Assembly (NCBI RefSeq): GCF_016888165.1
Contig: NZ_JACSWC010000299.1
Location: forward strand, 46,193-110,192
Origin: Halomicronema sp. CCY15110
GTDB lineage: Bacteria; Cyanobacteriota; Cyanobacteriia; Phormidesmidales; Phormidesmidaceae
Direction: 5' to 3'
Length of the DNA stretch: 64,000 nucleotides
In this document: piece by piece, positions 19,385 through 29,126 of the stretch
Position numbering within the stretch: position 1 is the stretch's first letter
Layout: every line of letters begins with the position of its first letter
Made by a program: the position numbers and the translations under genes
Notes under the pieces: generated by a model
What the model was told of the DNA's origin: nothing
The model's input: only the letters and a program-made list of their open reading frames with translations
Database searches by the model: none

Positions 19385-20548
19385 ATGAGGTTATCAACCA
19401 TGCTTAACTTTCCCTCCCTGCTCCGCTACGGGCGATCGCTGCGCTGGCTGGGGTTACTGCTCGCAACTGGTTTCAGCGTGGTGAGCCTGTCCCTGGGGTC
19501 GGCGAGTGCGCAAGACAGTAACCGCAATCCGGGGAGTGATTCGGCCTTCTGCGTTGCCGATACCGAGCCGCTATCCGAGCCGGTGCAGGGGCGCAGCTAC
19601 GGCGACCCACACATCAATACCTACGATGGGCTGCACTACAGCTTTCAGCTGGTGGGCGAATTCATCTTGACCCAAGCCGAGGATGCGGGCTTTGAAGTGC
19701 AAGCCCGGCAGAAAGCCGTGGCGGGTCGAAGTGGCGTTTCGTTAAATTCGGCGGTCGCCATGCGCGTGTGTGGTCATCGGGTCGCGATCTACGCTCAGGA
19801 TATTCCCAATGGCGGCTCCACACCCGTGTGGATTGACGGCATTCCCAGCCCCTTTGAAGTGGACGCTTTGCCGCTACCCGGGGGCGGTGAAATTCAGCGC
19901 AACGGGGGTGATAATTACGCGATTATTTGGCCCAGCGGCGACCAAGTCATCATTCGCTCCATTCGCGCCGGGGGAGACACCTTTCTCAATATCATGCCGA
20001 CCTTGCGCCGCGCTCAACCCGCTGACTGGGAGGGCCTATTGGGTAATTTCAATGGCTCGACTGACGATGATTTAATGGGCCGCGGTGGCTCCATTGTGCC
20101 CGCTCAGTCCACCTATAGTTTGGCGACCAATGTGATTGACCGAGCGCTCCCGGCAGTGATCCCCGTTCGCACGATCGAAGATAGCTATTTTGACATGCTG
20201 TACCGACAGTTTGGCGATAGTTGGCGCATCCAGCCGTCCGAGTCGCTGTTTGATTATCCTTTGGGACAGTCCACCGCTGATTTCACCGATACCGCCTTCC
20301 CCCGCCAATTGGTGACGTTGAATGGCGTGGCCCCGGCCCGGATTGACGCGGCGTTAACGACCTGCCAAGACGCCGGAGTCGATGAGGCGTTGTTGGATGG
20401 TTGCGTTTTTGATGTGGCGGCAACGGGTGACAACAGCTTTGCCAATGCGGCGGCGAATGCGATCGCCAACGCGGTGGTACAAGAGCTCACCGATCGCGTC
20501 ATTGATGAAGTGCTGGACAGTCTGCCGATCCCCAGATTCCCGTTCTAG
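19385..20548 (+). CDS. Secreted von Willebrand factor type D (VWD) domain protein
   Basis: N-terminal signal peptide (LLLATGFSVVSLSLGSASA). GDPHINTYDGLHYSFQLVGEFIL matches the VWD GDPH..T.DG..Y.F signature. Confidence 0.6.
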   Translation: MRLSTMLNFPSLLRYGRSLRWLGLLLATGFSVVSLSLGSASAQDSNRNPGSDSAFCVADTEPLSEPVQGRSYGDPHINTYDGLHYSFQLVGEFILTQAEDAGFEVQARQKAVAGRSGVSLNSAVAMRVCGHRVAIYAQDIPNGGSTPVWIDGIPSPFEVDALPLPGGGEIQRNGGDNYAIIWPSGDQVIIRSIRAGGDTFLNIMPTLRRAQPADWEGLLGNFNGSTDDDLMGRGGSIVPAQSTYSLATNVIDRALPAVIPVRTIEDSYFDMLYRQFGDSWRIQPSESLFDYPLGQSTADFTDTAFPRQLVTLNGVAPARIDAALTTCQDAGVDEALLDGCVFDVAATGDNSFANAAANAIANAVVQELTDRVIDEVLDSLPIPRFPF

Positions 20549-20631
20549 AAGAAGCTAGCCGCGCTCGACGGGGCTGGCGCAGCATCCACATTGAAGTCGC
20601 TGCGCCCAATTAACGGCGAACCAATCGCTGC

Positions 20632-20698
20632 TTTCGACTCCGCTCAATCAGCTAGGTTGCCTGCAAGGTCAACCGTTGAGGGTTGAGCGGAGTCGAAA
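20632..20698. terminator. 16-bp perfect inverted repeat (tttcgactccgctcaa / ttgagcggagtcgaaa) forming a long stem-loop between the convergent VWD gene and rnpB. Possible bidirectional terminator.
   Basis: Arms at 20632-20647 and 20683-20698, read directly from the sequence. Confidence 0.4.
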
Positions 20699-20815
20699 CC
20701 CGTCTACGAATAATGGTGCCTGTCCACTTACCAGGCCCCGTCCCCCTATCCCTTGAAAATTCCCCAGCGCTATGGCTAGGGGCGATTGGGGGCAAAACAA
20801 GGGCATGACAGCAAT

Positions 20816-21193
20816 AATCGGGAAGAGTCAGACATAAGCCGGGTTCTGTTCTCTCAGACGAGCTGAGAGGGCGATTATCTATCTGGGACGGCTGTTACCA
20901 ACCGCCTCTTGCGGTACACCTACAGCGAGACAGGAAAAAGACCAACCCTTGTCTCTGCGACCTTGCTCCCGACCGGGGTTTACCGAGCCAGCACCTCTCG
21001 ATGCTGCTGGTGCGCTCTTACCGCACCTTTGCACCCTTACCTGTGAGCGATCGCTCCATCGGCGGTATGTTTCTGTGGCACTATCCTCACGGTCACCCGC
21101 ACTGGGCGTTACCCAGCAAGTCTGGTCTTTCGGGAGCCCGGACTTTCCTCGGGCCAGCCATGCCAACCCGTAATCGCCTCGCTAGCTCTTCCC
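20816..21193 (-). ncRNA. rnpB: RNase P RNA (type A)
   Basis: Minus strand contains GGAAAGUCCGGGCUCC (P4, rc of 21131-21147), GGUAAGAGCGCACCAGC and ACAGAACCCGGCUUAU. The 5' GGGAAGAG pairs with 3' CUCUUCCC to form P1. Overlapped by spurious ORFs 20879..21166 and 20949..21207. Confidence 0.85.
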
Positions 21194-21409
21194 TATCCTT
21201 AGTCTAGAAGCAATCTCAGCGTTCAGAAAGCCGGACTTAGGAGACACTGTCAGCAATTTTCGCCGGCGAGCCCGTTGTCGCAATAGTCTGTCACGGGGGC
21301 CGGGATTTCCGATCGGTTTATTGCAAGTGACTGCCATTAAGGCTATGATTCCATAGAAGAATTACTCTCAGCTGTCTCGGTTGTCTGAGGTGGCCGAGGG
21401 TCCTAAGCC

Positions 21410-22228
21410 TTGGAGCATATCAGGTTAGTGCAGTTGGTTTTCCCTTTTCAGGCCAAGCGATCGGTCGTCATTTCCGCCACAGTCGTTGCGCTTTCCGCGA
21501 TCGCCCATAGCGCCATCTTCTGGGTGCCAATGCCCCAACCCCAAGCCACAGAATCGGTGGCGACAGGCACCGGGCCGGACGAATCAGCCCCACATGACGA
21601 GATTGACGTGGTGATGTTGCCACAGTCCGAACCTCCCCCACCGCCGCCGGAATCAACGACCGAGGCAGCGCCTTCGCCCCCGTCTCAGCGAGCAGCATCC
21701 CCCGCGCCTGCCCCCTTGTTGCCAACAGATGTCATCGTGGAGCCCGTCGCGCCGCCCCCAACGGCGGCTAACTTGCCCCCGCAACCGATTGATCCACCCG
21801 CGATCGAAGACCTACCCGTAGCGGACGGGGATAACACTCCAGCCTTTGCCCCACCCACCCATGACGGTCCTTTGTTGAGTTATGGTGAGCAATTTCCCCA
21901 TTTTGAGGGAGCTACGAGTGGCTGTTTGGGCCTGGGGGAATGCCGCCAAGTGACGGGGGTCGGGACCTATCGTGAGGTCGCGGATTCGCTCATTGCTGGG
22001 TTGGAAAACCAAGGTTACGGGGTCGATCTGCGGGATGACCTTGAAGATACCGGGCGCAATGTGTACGAACTGACCCCGCCCGGTGACGGGGCGGCGAAGC
22101 AATTTTTGCTCGTGTTTCAGGGCGCAGAGATTGGCTCCGCGATTTATGTCATGAGTCCAGAAATTATGACCCTTGACCAGTTAAAGTCCCTCGCGGCGCA
22201 GGTGGCAGATCCTCGTCAAGCGGTGTGA
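21410..22228 (+). CDS. Proline-rich membrane-anchored protein, hypothetical
   Basis: N-terminal TM helix, long PPPPP/APSPP tract, globular C-terminus. Its stop lies 1 nt before the start of the downstream permease gene. Confidence 0.45.
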   Translation: MEHIRLVQLVFPFQAKRSVVISATVVALSAIAHSAIFWVPMPQPQATESVATGTGPDESAPHDEIDVVMLPQSEPPPPPPESTTEAAPSPPSQRAASPAPAPLLPTDVIVEPVAPPPTAANLPPQPIDPPAIEDLPVADGDNTPAFAPPTHDGPLLSYGEQFPHFEGATSGCLGLGECRQVTGVGTYREVADSLIAGLENQGYGVDLRDDLEDTGRNVYELTPPGDGAAKQFLLVFQGAEIGSAIYVMSPEIMTLDQLKSLAAQVADPRQAV

Positions 22229-22229
22229 T

Positions 22230-23942
22230 ATGGCTGATCTGACGATTCCTAAAATGCGGGGACGGTCTGCTCAGCGACCCCGGTCATCACTGCGGGTATC
22301 GGGGTGGTCGCTGGGGGTTTTGCTGATTGCGCTATTGATTTCGACGCCGCTGCTCTCTGTCCTGTTTAGCGCCCTCTATGCGGGTGAAGAGTCTACGGGC
22401 GAAGTCTGGCAGCACCTCGCGTCCACAGTGCTGCCGAGCTACATCTTCAATTCCCTAGGGCTGATGGTAGGCGTGGGCCTTGGCGTGCTGATATTGGGCG
22501 TCAGTACCGCCTGGTTAGTGACCATGTGTCGTTTTCCGGGCAGCCGCATTTTTGAATGGGCGCTGTTGTTGCCGCTGGCCGCCCCCTCCTATCTGCTGGC
22601 CTATACGTACACCGATTTTTTGGAGTATTACGGCCCGGTGCAAATGGGGTTGCGAACCTTGTTTGGTTGGGAAAGCGCCAATGATTATTGGTTTCCCAAT
22701 GTGCGATCGCTGCCAGGGGCGATCGTCCTGTTCAGCCTGGTGCTGTATCCCTACGTTTACATGTTGGCGCGGGTAGCCTTTCAGGAACAGTCACTGTGCA
22801 CGCTGGAAGCCAGTCGCTCACTCGGGTGCAATCCCTGGCGGAGCTTCCGTACGGTGGCGCTGCCGTTGGCTCGTCCGGCGATCGCGGCCGGGACGGCCCT
22901 CGCGCTGATGGAAACCTTGAACGACTTTGGCACCGTGGAATATTTCAGCGTACCCACCTTTACCACGGGCATCTATCGCACCTGGTTTGGCATGGGAGAA
23001 CGACTCGCGGCTACCCAACTCGCCAGTGTGTTGCTGCTCTTCATTGCCGTCCTGATCGTGTTGGAACGGTTTTCGCGGCGACAGGCCCGGTATTACCAAG
23101 GGTCAGGCAGTCAGTCCAGTGTGTCGCAGTTTCAACTGAGGGGAGTGCGGGCGATCGCGGCAATGTTGACCTGTACGCTGCCCATTGCCCTGGGGCTGCT
23201 GCTGCCCGCTGCCCTGCTGGCATGGATGACCCTCACGAATTGGCAGAAATCGCTCAATCGCGAATTTTTGGAACTGGCCAGTCACAGTCTGGTTTTGGCG
23301 GGGGTGACGGCCGGGTTAGGCATTGTGCTGGCCTTGATTTTGGCTTATGGAGCCCGGCTGCAACCGGGACCAGGCGTGCGGTTTGGGGTGCAGGTGGCAG
23401 CTTTAGGCTATGCCGTACCGGGGGCGGTGATTGCCGTCGGCATTCTTGTGCCCGTCGGTCGGTTAGATAACGCCATTGCCCACCTGGCAGACCAGTGGTT
23501 AGGGATTTCCACTGGCCTGCTGTTGAGCGGCACGGTGGCGGCGCTGGTGTTTGCTTATTTGGTCAGATTTTTGGCGATCGCCATCAGCACCGTACAAGCT
23601 GGACTCACGAAAATTCGCCCGACCCTGGACGACGCCTCCCGCTGTCTGGGCAACACCCCCACGCAAACCTTGACCCAGATACACGCCCCGTTGCTCAGCG
23701 GCAGTTTGCTCACGGCAGCGGTGCTGGTGTTTGTAGATGTGATGAAAGAACTGCCCGCCACCATGGTGATTCGCCCGTTCAACTTCGACACGCTGGCAGT
23801 GCGAGTATTTCAATACGCCTCGGACGAGCGGTTGGTGGATGCGGCCGCTCCGGCTCTCGCCATTCTCGTGGTCGGCATCGTGCCGGTGATTTTGCTCAGC
23901 TACCGCATCACCCGAAGTCGCCGCTATACGGATGCAGACTAG
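22230..23942 (+). CDS. Iron(III) ABC transporter permease (FutB/FbpB-like, duplicated permease domains)
   Basis: 570 aa with two binding-protein-dependent permease modules (EAS...G...P signature regions in both halves). Confidence 0.8.
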   Translation: MADLTIPKMRGRSAQRPRSSLRVSGWSLGVLLIALLISTPLLSVLFSALYAGEESTGEVWQHLASTVLPSYIFNSLGLMVGVGLGVLILGVSTAWLVTMCRFPGSRIFEWALLLPLAAPSYLLAYTYTDFLEYYGPVQMGLRTLFGWESANDYWFPNVRSLPGAIVLFSLVLYPYVYMLARVAFQEQSLCTLEASRSLGCNPWRSFRTVALPLARPAIAAGTALALMETLNDFGTVEYFSVPTFTTGIYRTWFGMGERLAATQLASVLLLFIAVLIVLERFSRRQARYYQGSGSQSSVSQFQLRGVRAIAAMLTCTLPIALGLLLPAALLAWMTLTNWQKSLNREFLELASHSLVLAGVTAGLGIVLALILAYGARLQPGPGVRFGVQVAALGYAVPGAVIAVGILVPVGRLDNAIAHLADQWLGISTGLLLSGTVAALVFAYLVRFLAIAISTVQAGLTKIRPTLDDASRCLGNTPTQTLTQIHAPLLSGSLLTAAVLVFVDVMKELPATMVIRPFNFDTLAVRVFQYASDERLVDAAAPALAILVVGIVPVILLSYRITRSRRYTDAD

Positions 23943-24250
23943 CGGGTTCGTTTACCAGGGCATTCCATAACTTTGCCATGGGCCTTGTTCGCCATAAAGT
24001 TTCCAACACCTCATTCACGACTCATACGGTTTTAGGCTTGCCATGTCCCGTATGCACATTCGGCTTATGGCAGTACATAGCCCAACAAGCTTCAAAGAAT
24101 ATCAGCTCTGATGTGGGACATTTCAAAACTAAATTGGGATGAAATAGCCCTACCTCACGAAGTACTTTCCCCAGCATCATCAGTATCTGTTGCACTTCAA
24201 ATTTGAATTGGCGCATTATCGATCAGCATCCTTGATAAAGGCTCAAAAAT

Positions 24251-25366
24251 CTAAGCAGTCATTCCCATTTTTCGTAACCAACGATAATGAGATAATAATC
24301 CTGACCGAAAAGAACGATGCTGGTTATATCTCACTCCATATTCTCGACAAGTCTGCTCCACGACTTTAGAAATTTCAGGATAGTTGACATGGCAGATATT
24401 AGGAAATAAATGGTGCTCGACCTGAAAATTCAAACCACCCAGAAGCCATGTCATTACATGGTTATTTCGAGAGAAGTTTACTGTTGTTTCGATCTGATGC
24501 ACTGCCCACTCTTTCTCAATGAGATTCAACTCGACAATTGGTGATGGAAAATCGGCGGCTTCGACCACATGCGCTAGTTGAAATACTACGCTCAGCACTA
24601 GCCCTAAGGTAATAGCGACTAATCCATAGCTGGCTAAAACTTGCCATAGCGTGTGAACGGATAATGGAATCGCAAAGGCAAGCACGAAGAATACTAGTTT
24701 ACCGCCCAAAAATATGGCTAGATTGCTGGATTTAGGACGTGGATAGCGGCGATCGCCAATTTTGCCCGAGATCAGAGAATAAAAATCGTCATAGAAATGC
24801 CACTTAATCGCTAACAATCCATACAGCAACCACAAATAATAGTGTTGCCAACGGTGGAAGGCGAAGTGCGAATGAGAAGGAGCAAGTCGCCCAAAAATCC
24901 CCACATTCAGATCCATGTCATGATCAGCAATGTTGGTATAGGTATGATGGAAGAAATTGTGCTTCCAATGCCAAATATAAGAACTACCGCCAATCAGATC
25001 TAAACTCATTGCCATGAGCTGATTCACCCATCGCACATCAGAATAGGCGTGATGGGCACCATCATGTTGAATCCCAAAACCAATGCTTGCTGTAACGGCA
25101 CCAAGCATGATGCACAAAGGAATGACCTGCCACCAGGTCTGAGCAACCCAAACTAATAGAGCATATAACCCGAAAAAACTCAGCAACAAGATAATGGTTT
25201 TTGCATACATTTGCGGACAATCCCGCACCTTGCGATCTGGATTTTGAAAAAAATCGTCAACCCTTCGTCTTAATTCCGTCTGAAACCCACTATTCTTAGT
25301 AAACTTTATTTTTTTTGCAACCTCTTCTCCAAGAACCACAGACTGATGAGATTTATCGACTTGCAT
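24251..25366 (-). CDS. Acyl-lipid fatty acid desaturase (front-end/Delta6-like His-box pattern)
   Basis: Three His boxes: HDGAHH, HNFFHHTYTN and QVEHHLFPNICH. Multiple TM helices. The gene is distinctly AT-richer than its surroundings. Confidence 0.85.
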   Translation of the reverse strand: MQVDKSHQSVVLGEEVAKKIKFTKNSGFQTELRRRVDDFFQNPDRKVRDCPQMYAKTIILLLSFFGLYALLVWVAQTWWQVIPLCIMLGAVTASIGFGIQHDGAHHAYSDVRWVNQLMAMSLDLIGGSSYIWHWKHNFFHHTYTNIADHDMDLNVGIFGRLAPSHSHFAFHRWQHYYLWLLYGLLAIKWHFYDDFYSLISGKIGDRRYPRPKSSNLAIFLGGKLVFFVLAFAIPLSVHTLWQVLASYGLVAITLGLVLSVVFQLAHVVEAADFPSPIVELNLIEKEWAVHQIETTVNFSRNNHVMTWLLGGLNFQVEHHLFPNICHVNYPEISKVVEQTCREYGVRYNQHRSFRSGLLSHYRWLRKMGMTA

Positions 25367-25653
25367 CTTTTACTGTACCTAGCTCTCAACTATTGATATC
25401 TTGAGTCAGCGTCCAAGCATCTCTTCTCCCTAAATTATTTAAGCAAACGCGACGTCACAACATGGCATTGATCTGTTTTAGAAGCTTACGCTCGAGTGCA
25501 TATCATCCGGTTTCAGTTTTGAAATGCCACAGATGAAAATCTGGCTATCGCCAGTTAGACATTACCTATCGGGACTCTGCTCCCAATTCCGATGTGTGGT
25601 ATTCCAAAACCAAATTGGTATCACCCAGCCAGTCACTGTCCTCAGTCGAAATG

Positions 25654-26046
25654 TTACTTTCCCGCTAATCCCTCAGGCTCTAGCGCAAGTAAAAAATCGG
25701 GAATCTCTAAAACGTGCCAATACACCAGGGCAGTGACGATAACGGTATACAGCGTCGAACTCCCAAACCCAATCAGCAAATCTCGTTGAGGATGCCGCCG
25801 CTCGTCGGCCAAGAAGATATCCGTGGCGCCAAACTGCATCATGACCATTCCCAAAACGTTCGATAGCCAATAGCCCGCGAGCGTACCGGGCACAAACCAA
25901 CTGGGGTGCAGCCAGCTAATCGCATAGCCGACCACGATCGCGATCGGCAGATTAAAAAACACATCATTCCACCAGGACAGGGGCGACAGCATATAGCCGA
26001 CGCCAACGAGCAGACCCCCACGCAAGTTTTGTTTGAGCGACTTCAT
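25654..26046 (-). CDS. Small integral membrane protein, hypothetical
   Basis: 130 aa with several hydrophobic helices. Confidence 0.4.
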   Translation of the reverse strand: MKSLKQNLRGGLLVGVGYMLSPLSWWNDVFFNLPIAIVVGYAISWLHPSWFVPGTLAGYWLSNVLGMVMMQFGATDIFLADERRHPQRDLLIGFGSSTLYTVIVTALVYWHVLEIPDFLLALEPEGLAGK

Positions 26047-26218
26047 CGCGATCGCGGTTCCGGTTTTCCTTAGTTACCTTACCAATTGGTTGGCCACAGC
26101 GGAGATGCTTCAGGCGATGACCGACATTCATTCAACAACGGCGAAATCAGACCACATTCAAAAAGGGACTGGGTGAACCAGTCCCTTTTCTGCAAAAGCT
26201 TTATCGGAGTTCTGTGGG

Positions 26219-26581
26219 CTAAATGCCTTCTTCGTCCACGGTGATTTCTTCAGTGGCTTCAGGCGTCGTTCCCCCCTGCTGCTGCAACGCCTCTTGTCGA
26301 CGCTGCAAAAAGTCTTGGGCCTCATCGCCCAACACCCGATTTTGGTACTCAAAAAACTCTTGGGCGTTCATGCTAGGGGCGGCCATGGCATCGAGAATGA
26401 GGTCGTAGGGACTGGAGGAGTCGCCAAAGAGATCTGCGCCGTTATCATCCGTACCGACGCTGCCAAACGCTTCAGCATCAGCAGTTTGAGCCGAGGCGTG
26501 GCCCATGACGATACCGCCACCAAAGGCCAGCAAAGAGCCAGCGACCAAGCCTGTCAGAATTTGTTTCATCGAAAACATCAT
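26219..26581 (-). CDS. Small secreted acidic protein, hypothetical
   Basis: Signal-peptide-like N-terminus (LLAFGGGIVMGHASA). Confidence 0.35.
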   Translation of the reverse strand: MMFSMKQILTGLVAGSLLAFGGGIVMGHASAQTADAEAFGSVGTDDNGADLFGDSSSPYDLILDAMAAPSMNAQEFFEYQNRVLGDEAQDFLQRRQEALQQQGGTTPEATEEITVDEEGI

Positions 26582-26666
26582 GGTTCACTCCTACAACACC
26601 AGCGGTGCAATGCGGTACGACCTACGCCCTACCTTAACAAAGAATTTTGTCGGGCGATCGCCCGCC

Positions 26667-27587
26667 TTATGCGATTCTACGACGTAGCAAAGGCTGGATA
26701 AGTGCCAGCGACATACCGCAAAAGCCGATTAACACTGCCAGCGCCACCGCCATGGTGACGCCGCCAAAGGGCGCATTCATGACGACGCTACCGAGGCCCC
26801 AGTTGCCTGGGTGCAAATAGATATACCGAATCGGCTCGATCGCATAACTGAGCGGGTTCAAGCTAGCCACCACCTGCAACCACGGTGGCATAAAGGAAAG
26901 CGGCACCAACGCCGTGCTGGAAAACAGCAGCGGTAGGTTGGTCACAAAGATCACGGCAATCAACTCGATGTGTCCCGGTAGGGCAAAGGACAAACCGAGG
27001 CTCAACGCCGTGACGCCCAACACCAGGGTCAGCACAATGAGCACCACCAACGCCAACCCAGCGGGATCGGGCAGGCCCGCCCCCAGAACCGCACTCAAGC
27101 CAATAATCGCCGCCGTTTGCACCATGCTCATGGCGGCAATAAAGATGGCTGACGCCGCCACAATGGAGTAGCGAGAAGCCAACGGGGCGACTAAGAACCG
27201 ATTCAAAAAGCCAAACTCCCGGTCAAACATGACGGGCAGACCGGCATTCAACGCGCCGCCAAACGCGGTAAATACGATGATGCCAGCGCCCAAAAACTGC
27301 CCATAGTTGCGACTCTCGCCGAACAAGCCCTCGGGCACATTTTGAAACAAGGCCCCAAACAGAATCAGCCACATGACGGGTTGCACGACGCCCGCCACCA
27401 AGGTGGACGGGCGGCGCTGGAGCTGAATGAACAGCCGCCGCGTCATAGCACCCGTCTCTTGCCAAAACTCGGGAGAAAATAAGCCAGGAGTCGCCGTCGG
27501 GGCCTCATCGCGGCGCTGCGCCTTCCACTGCCGCAATTCGGGATTATCCAGCGACGATTGGGGTTTAGGGGTCAGAGTGGTGCTCAT
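26667..27587 (-). CDS. ABC-2 type transporter permease
   Basis: Six predicted TM helices. ABC-2 architecture. Directly downstream of the ATPase gene. Confidence 0.7.
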   Translation of the reverse strand: MSTTLTPKPQSSLDNPELRQWKAQRRDEAPTATPGLFSPEFWQETGAMTRRLFIQLQRRPSTLVAGVVQPVMWLILFGALFQNVPEGLFGESRNYGQFLGAGIIVFTAFGGALNAGLPVMFDREFGFLNRFLVAPLASRYSIVAASAIFIAAMSMVQTAAIIGLSAVLGAGLPDPAGLALVVLIVLTLVLGVTALSLGLSFALPGHIELIAVIFVTNLPLLFSSTALVPLSFMPPWLQVVASLNPLSYAIEPIRYIYLHPGNWGLGSVVMNAPFGGVTMAVALAVLIGFCGMSLALIQPLLRRRIA

Positions 27588-27684
27588 AGGAGTCTCTAAA
27601 ACTTGGGGTGAAGTCGTCGATTGTCAATACTGTCCGCCATCTGCCTGTATCTTAGCGGGGCGTTAGCGGCCAGGGGCGAGATCG

Positions 27685-28731
27685 TTAGCTGCCTTTCATG
27701 GCCTGTTTGCGTTCCGCTTTGAGGTCACGGCGGCCGGCGGCGGCAATTTCGGCATCCATCAGGGTGCGGCCCGTAGCGGCCAGATACACATCATCCAAAC
27801 TGGGCCGCGACTGAGAAATGCCAAACATGGGTAAGCTGGCCTCTTTCAACGCCTGCTGCACGGTCATCAAGGCATCGGATTGGGCGGTGACGACCAGATT
27901 CAGGGAGTTACCCTGGGCTTCGTTGACGATCACCTCTTCCACGCAAGAGAGGTCCTGCAGCAGGGTTTTGGCCTGGTCGGCTTCCGCATCGGGGGTGAAT
28001 TCGCGAATGCGCAGGGTAATGCGATCGCCCCCCACCCGGTCTTTCAACTCACTCGGGGTACCGACGGCAATGACTTTGCCCTGGTCGATAATGGCGACGC
28101 GATCGGATAAGGCGTCCACCTCTTCTAAATAATGGCTGGTGAGCAGAACGGTGGTGCCCGCCTCGCGCAACTGGCGTAAAAATTGCCAAACTGCCGAACG
28201 GGTTTCGATATCCAACCCGACGGTGGGTTCGTCCAGCACGAGCACATCGGGCTGATGGAGCAGCCCCATGGCTAAATCCAACCGCTTTTTCAGACCACCG
28301 GAGTAGGTGCCCGACTTTTTATCGGCCCAGTCGGTCAGCTCTAGCAGGTCGATCATTTGCGCAATGCGATCGCGGGCCACTTTGGCCGGCATATGATATA
28401 GCGCTGCTTGCAGTTGCAGCAGTTCGCGCCCGGTCAACACCTTATCCAACGCCACATCTTGAGCGATGTAGCCCAGCCGTTGACGGGCCAAAGGTGGGTT
28501 GTCGAGCACCGAGTCGCCACTGATTTCGACCTTGCCCGCATCGGGAGTGCTCAACGTGCAGAGGCAACGAATGGTCGTGGTTTTACCCGCACCGTTCGGC
28601 CCTAGCAACCCGAAGATTTCTCCGGGCTCGATGGTGAACGAGACGTCCCTGACGGCTGCGACATCGCCGTAGCACTTTTTTAATCCTTCGACTAACACCG
28701 CTGGCGGCATAGGCTCACCCATTGGTTCCAC
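27685..28731 (-). CDS. ABC transporter ATP-binding protein (DrrA-like) with C-terminal extension
   Basis: Walker A GPNGAGKTTT, signature SGGLKKRL, Walker B LVLDEPT. Confidence 0.85.
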   Translation of the reverse strand: MEPMGEPMPPAVLVEGLKKCYGDVAAVRDVSFTIEPGEIFGLLGPNGAGKTTTIRCLCTLSTPDAGKVEISGDSVLDNPPLARQRLGYIAQDVALDKVLTGRELLQLQAALYHMPAKVARDRIAQMIDLLELTDWADKKSGTYSGGLKKRLDLAMGLLHQPDVLVLDEPTVGLDIETRSAVWQFLRQLREAGTTVLLTSHYLEEVDALSDRVAIIDQGKVIAVGTPSELKDRVGGDRITLRIREFTPDAEADQAKTLLQDLSCVEEVIVNEAQGNSLNLVVTAQSDALMTVQQALKEASLPMFGISQSRPSLDDVYLAATGRTLMDAEIAAAGRRDLKAERKQAMKGS

Positions 28732-29126
28732 TGCAAGGTTACGTTACACAGCCTATTCTACCGAAGTCAGCCGTTCTGTTTCAGCGTTGACGGCACCAGT
28801 CAGGAGCGCTCAAGGTCGCGAAAGCCAAGCGGCCAAGGATTCGCCCCCCCTGATTGGAACATCATGAATGGTTGAGGTGGTCGGGCTAACCACTCCAGCG
28901 TTGCCCAACCGCAGGGGTGAGCGCTACCAGTGTCGCTGCCGCGCCATGGACAACTTTACACATTCAGCAAAGCGACCCTTGAGCCCTCCCAATAGGATTT
29001 ATGCTGAGTTGAGCACTCAACAGATCATGTAAGACGAATGAACGATCGCGCTACCCCTGTTTTTTCCTCCGCATCCCAGTCTGCGGGGTGATCGTCGGCG
29101 AATTAACTTGAGCAGGAGACAGGGAG

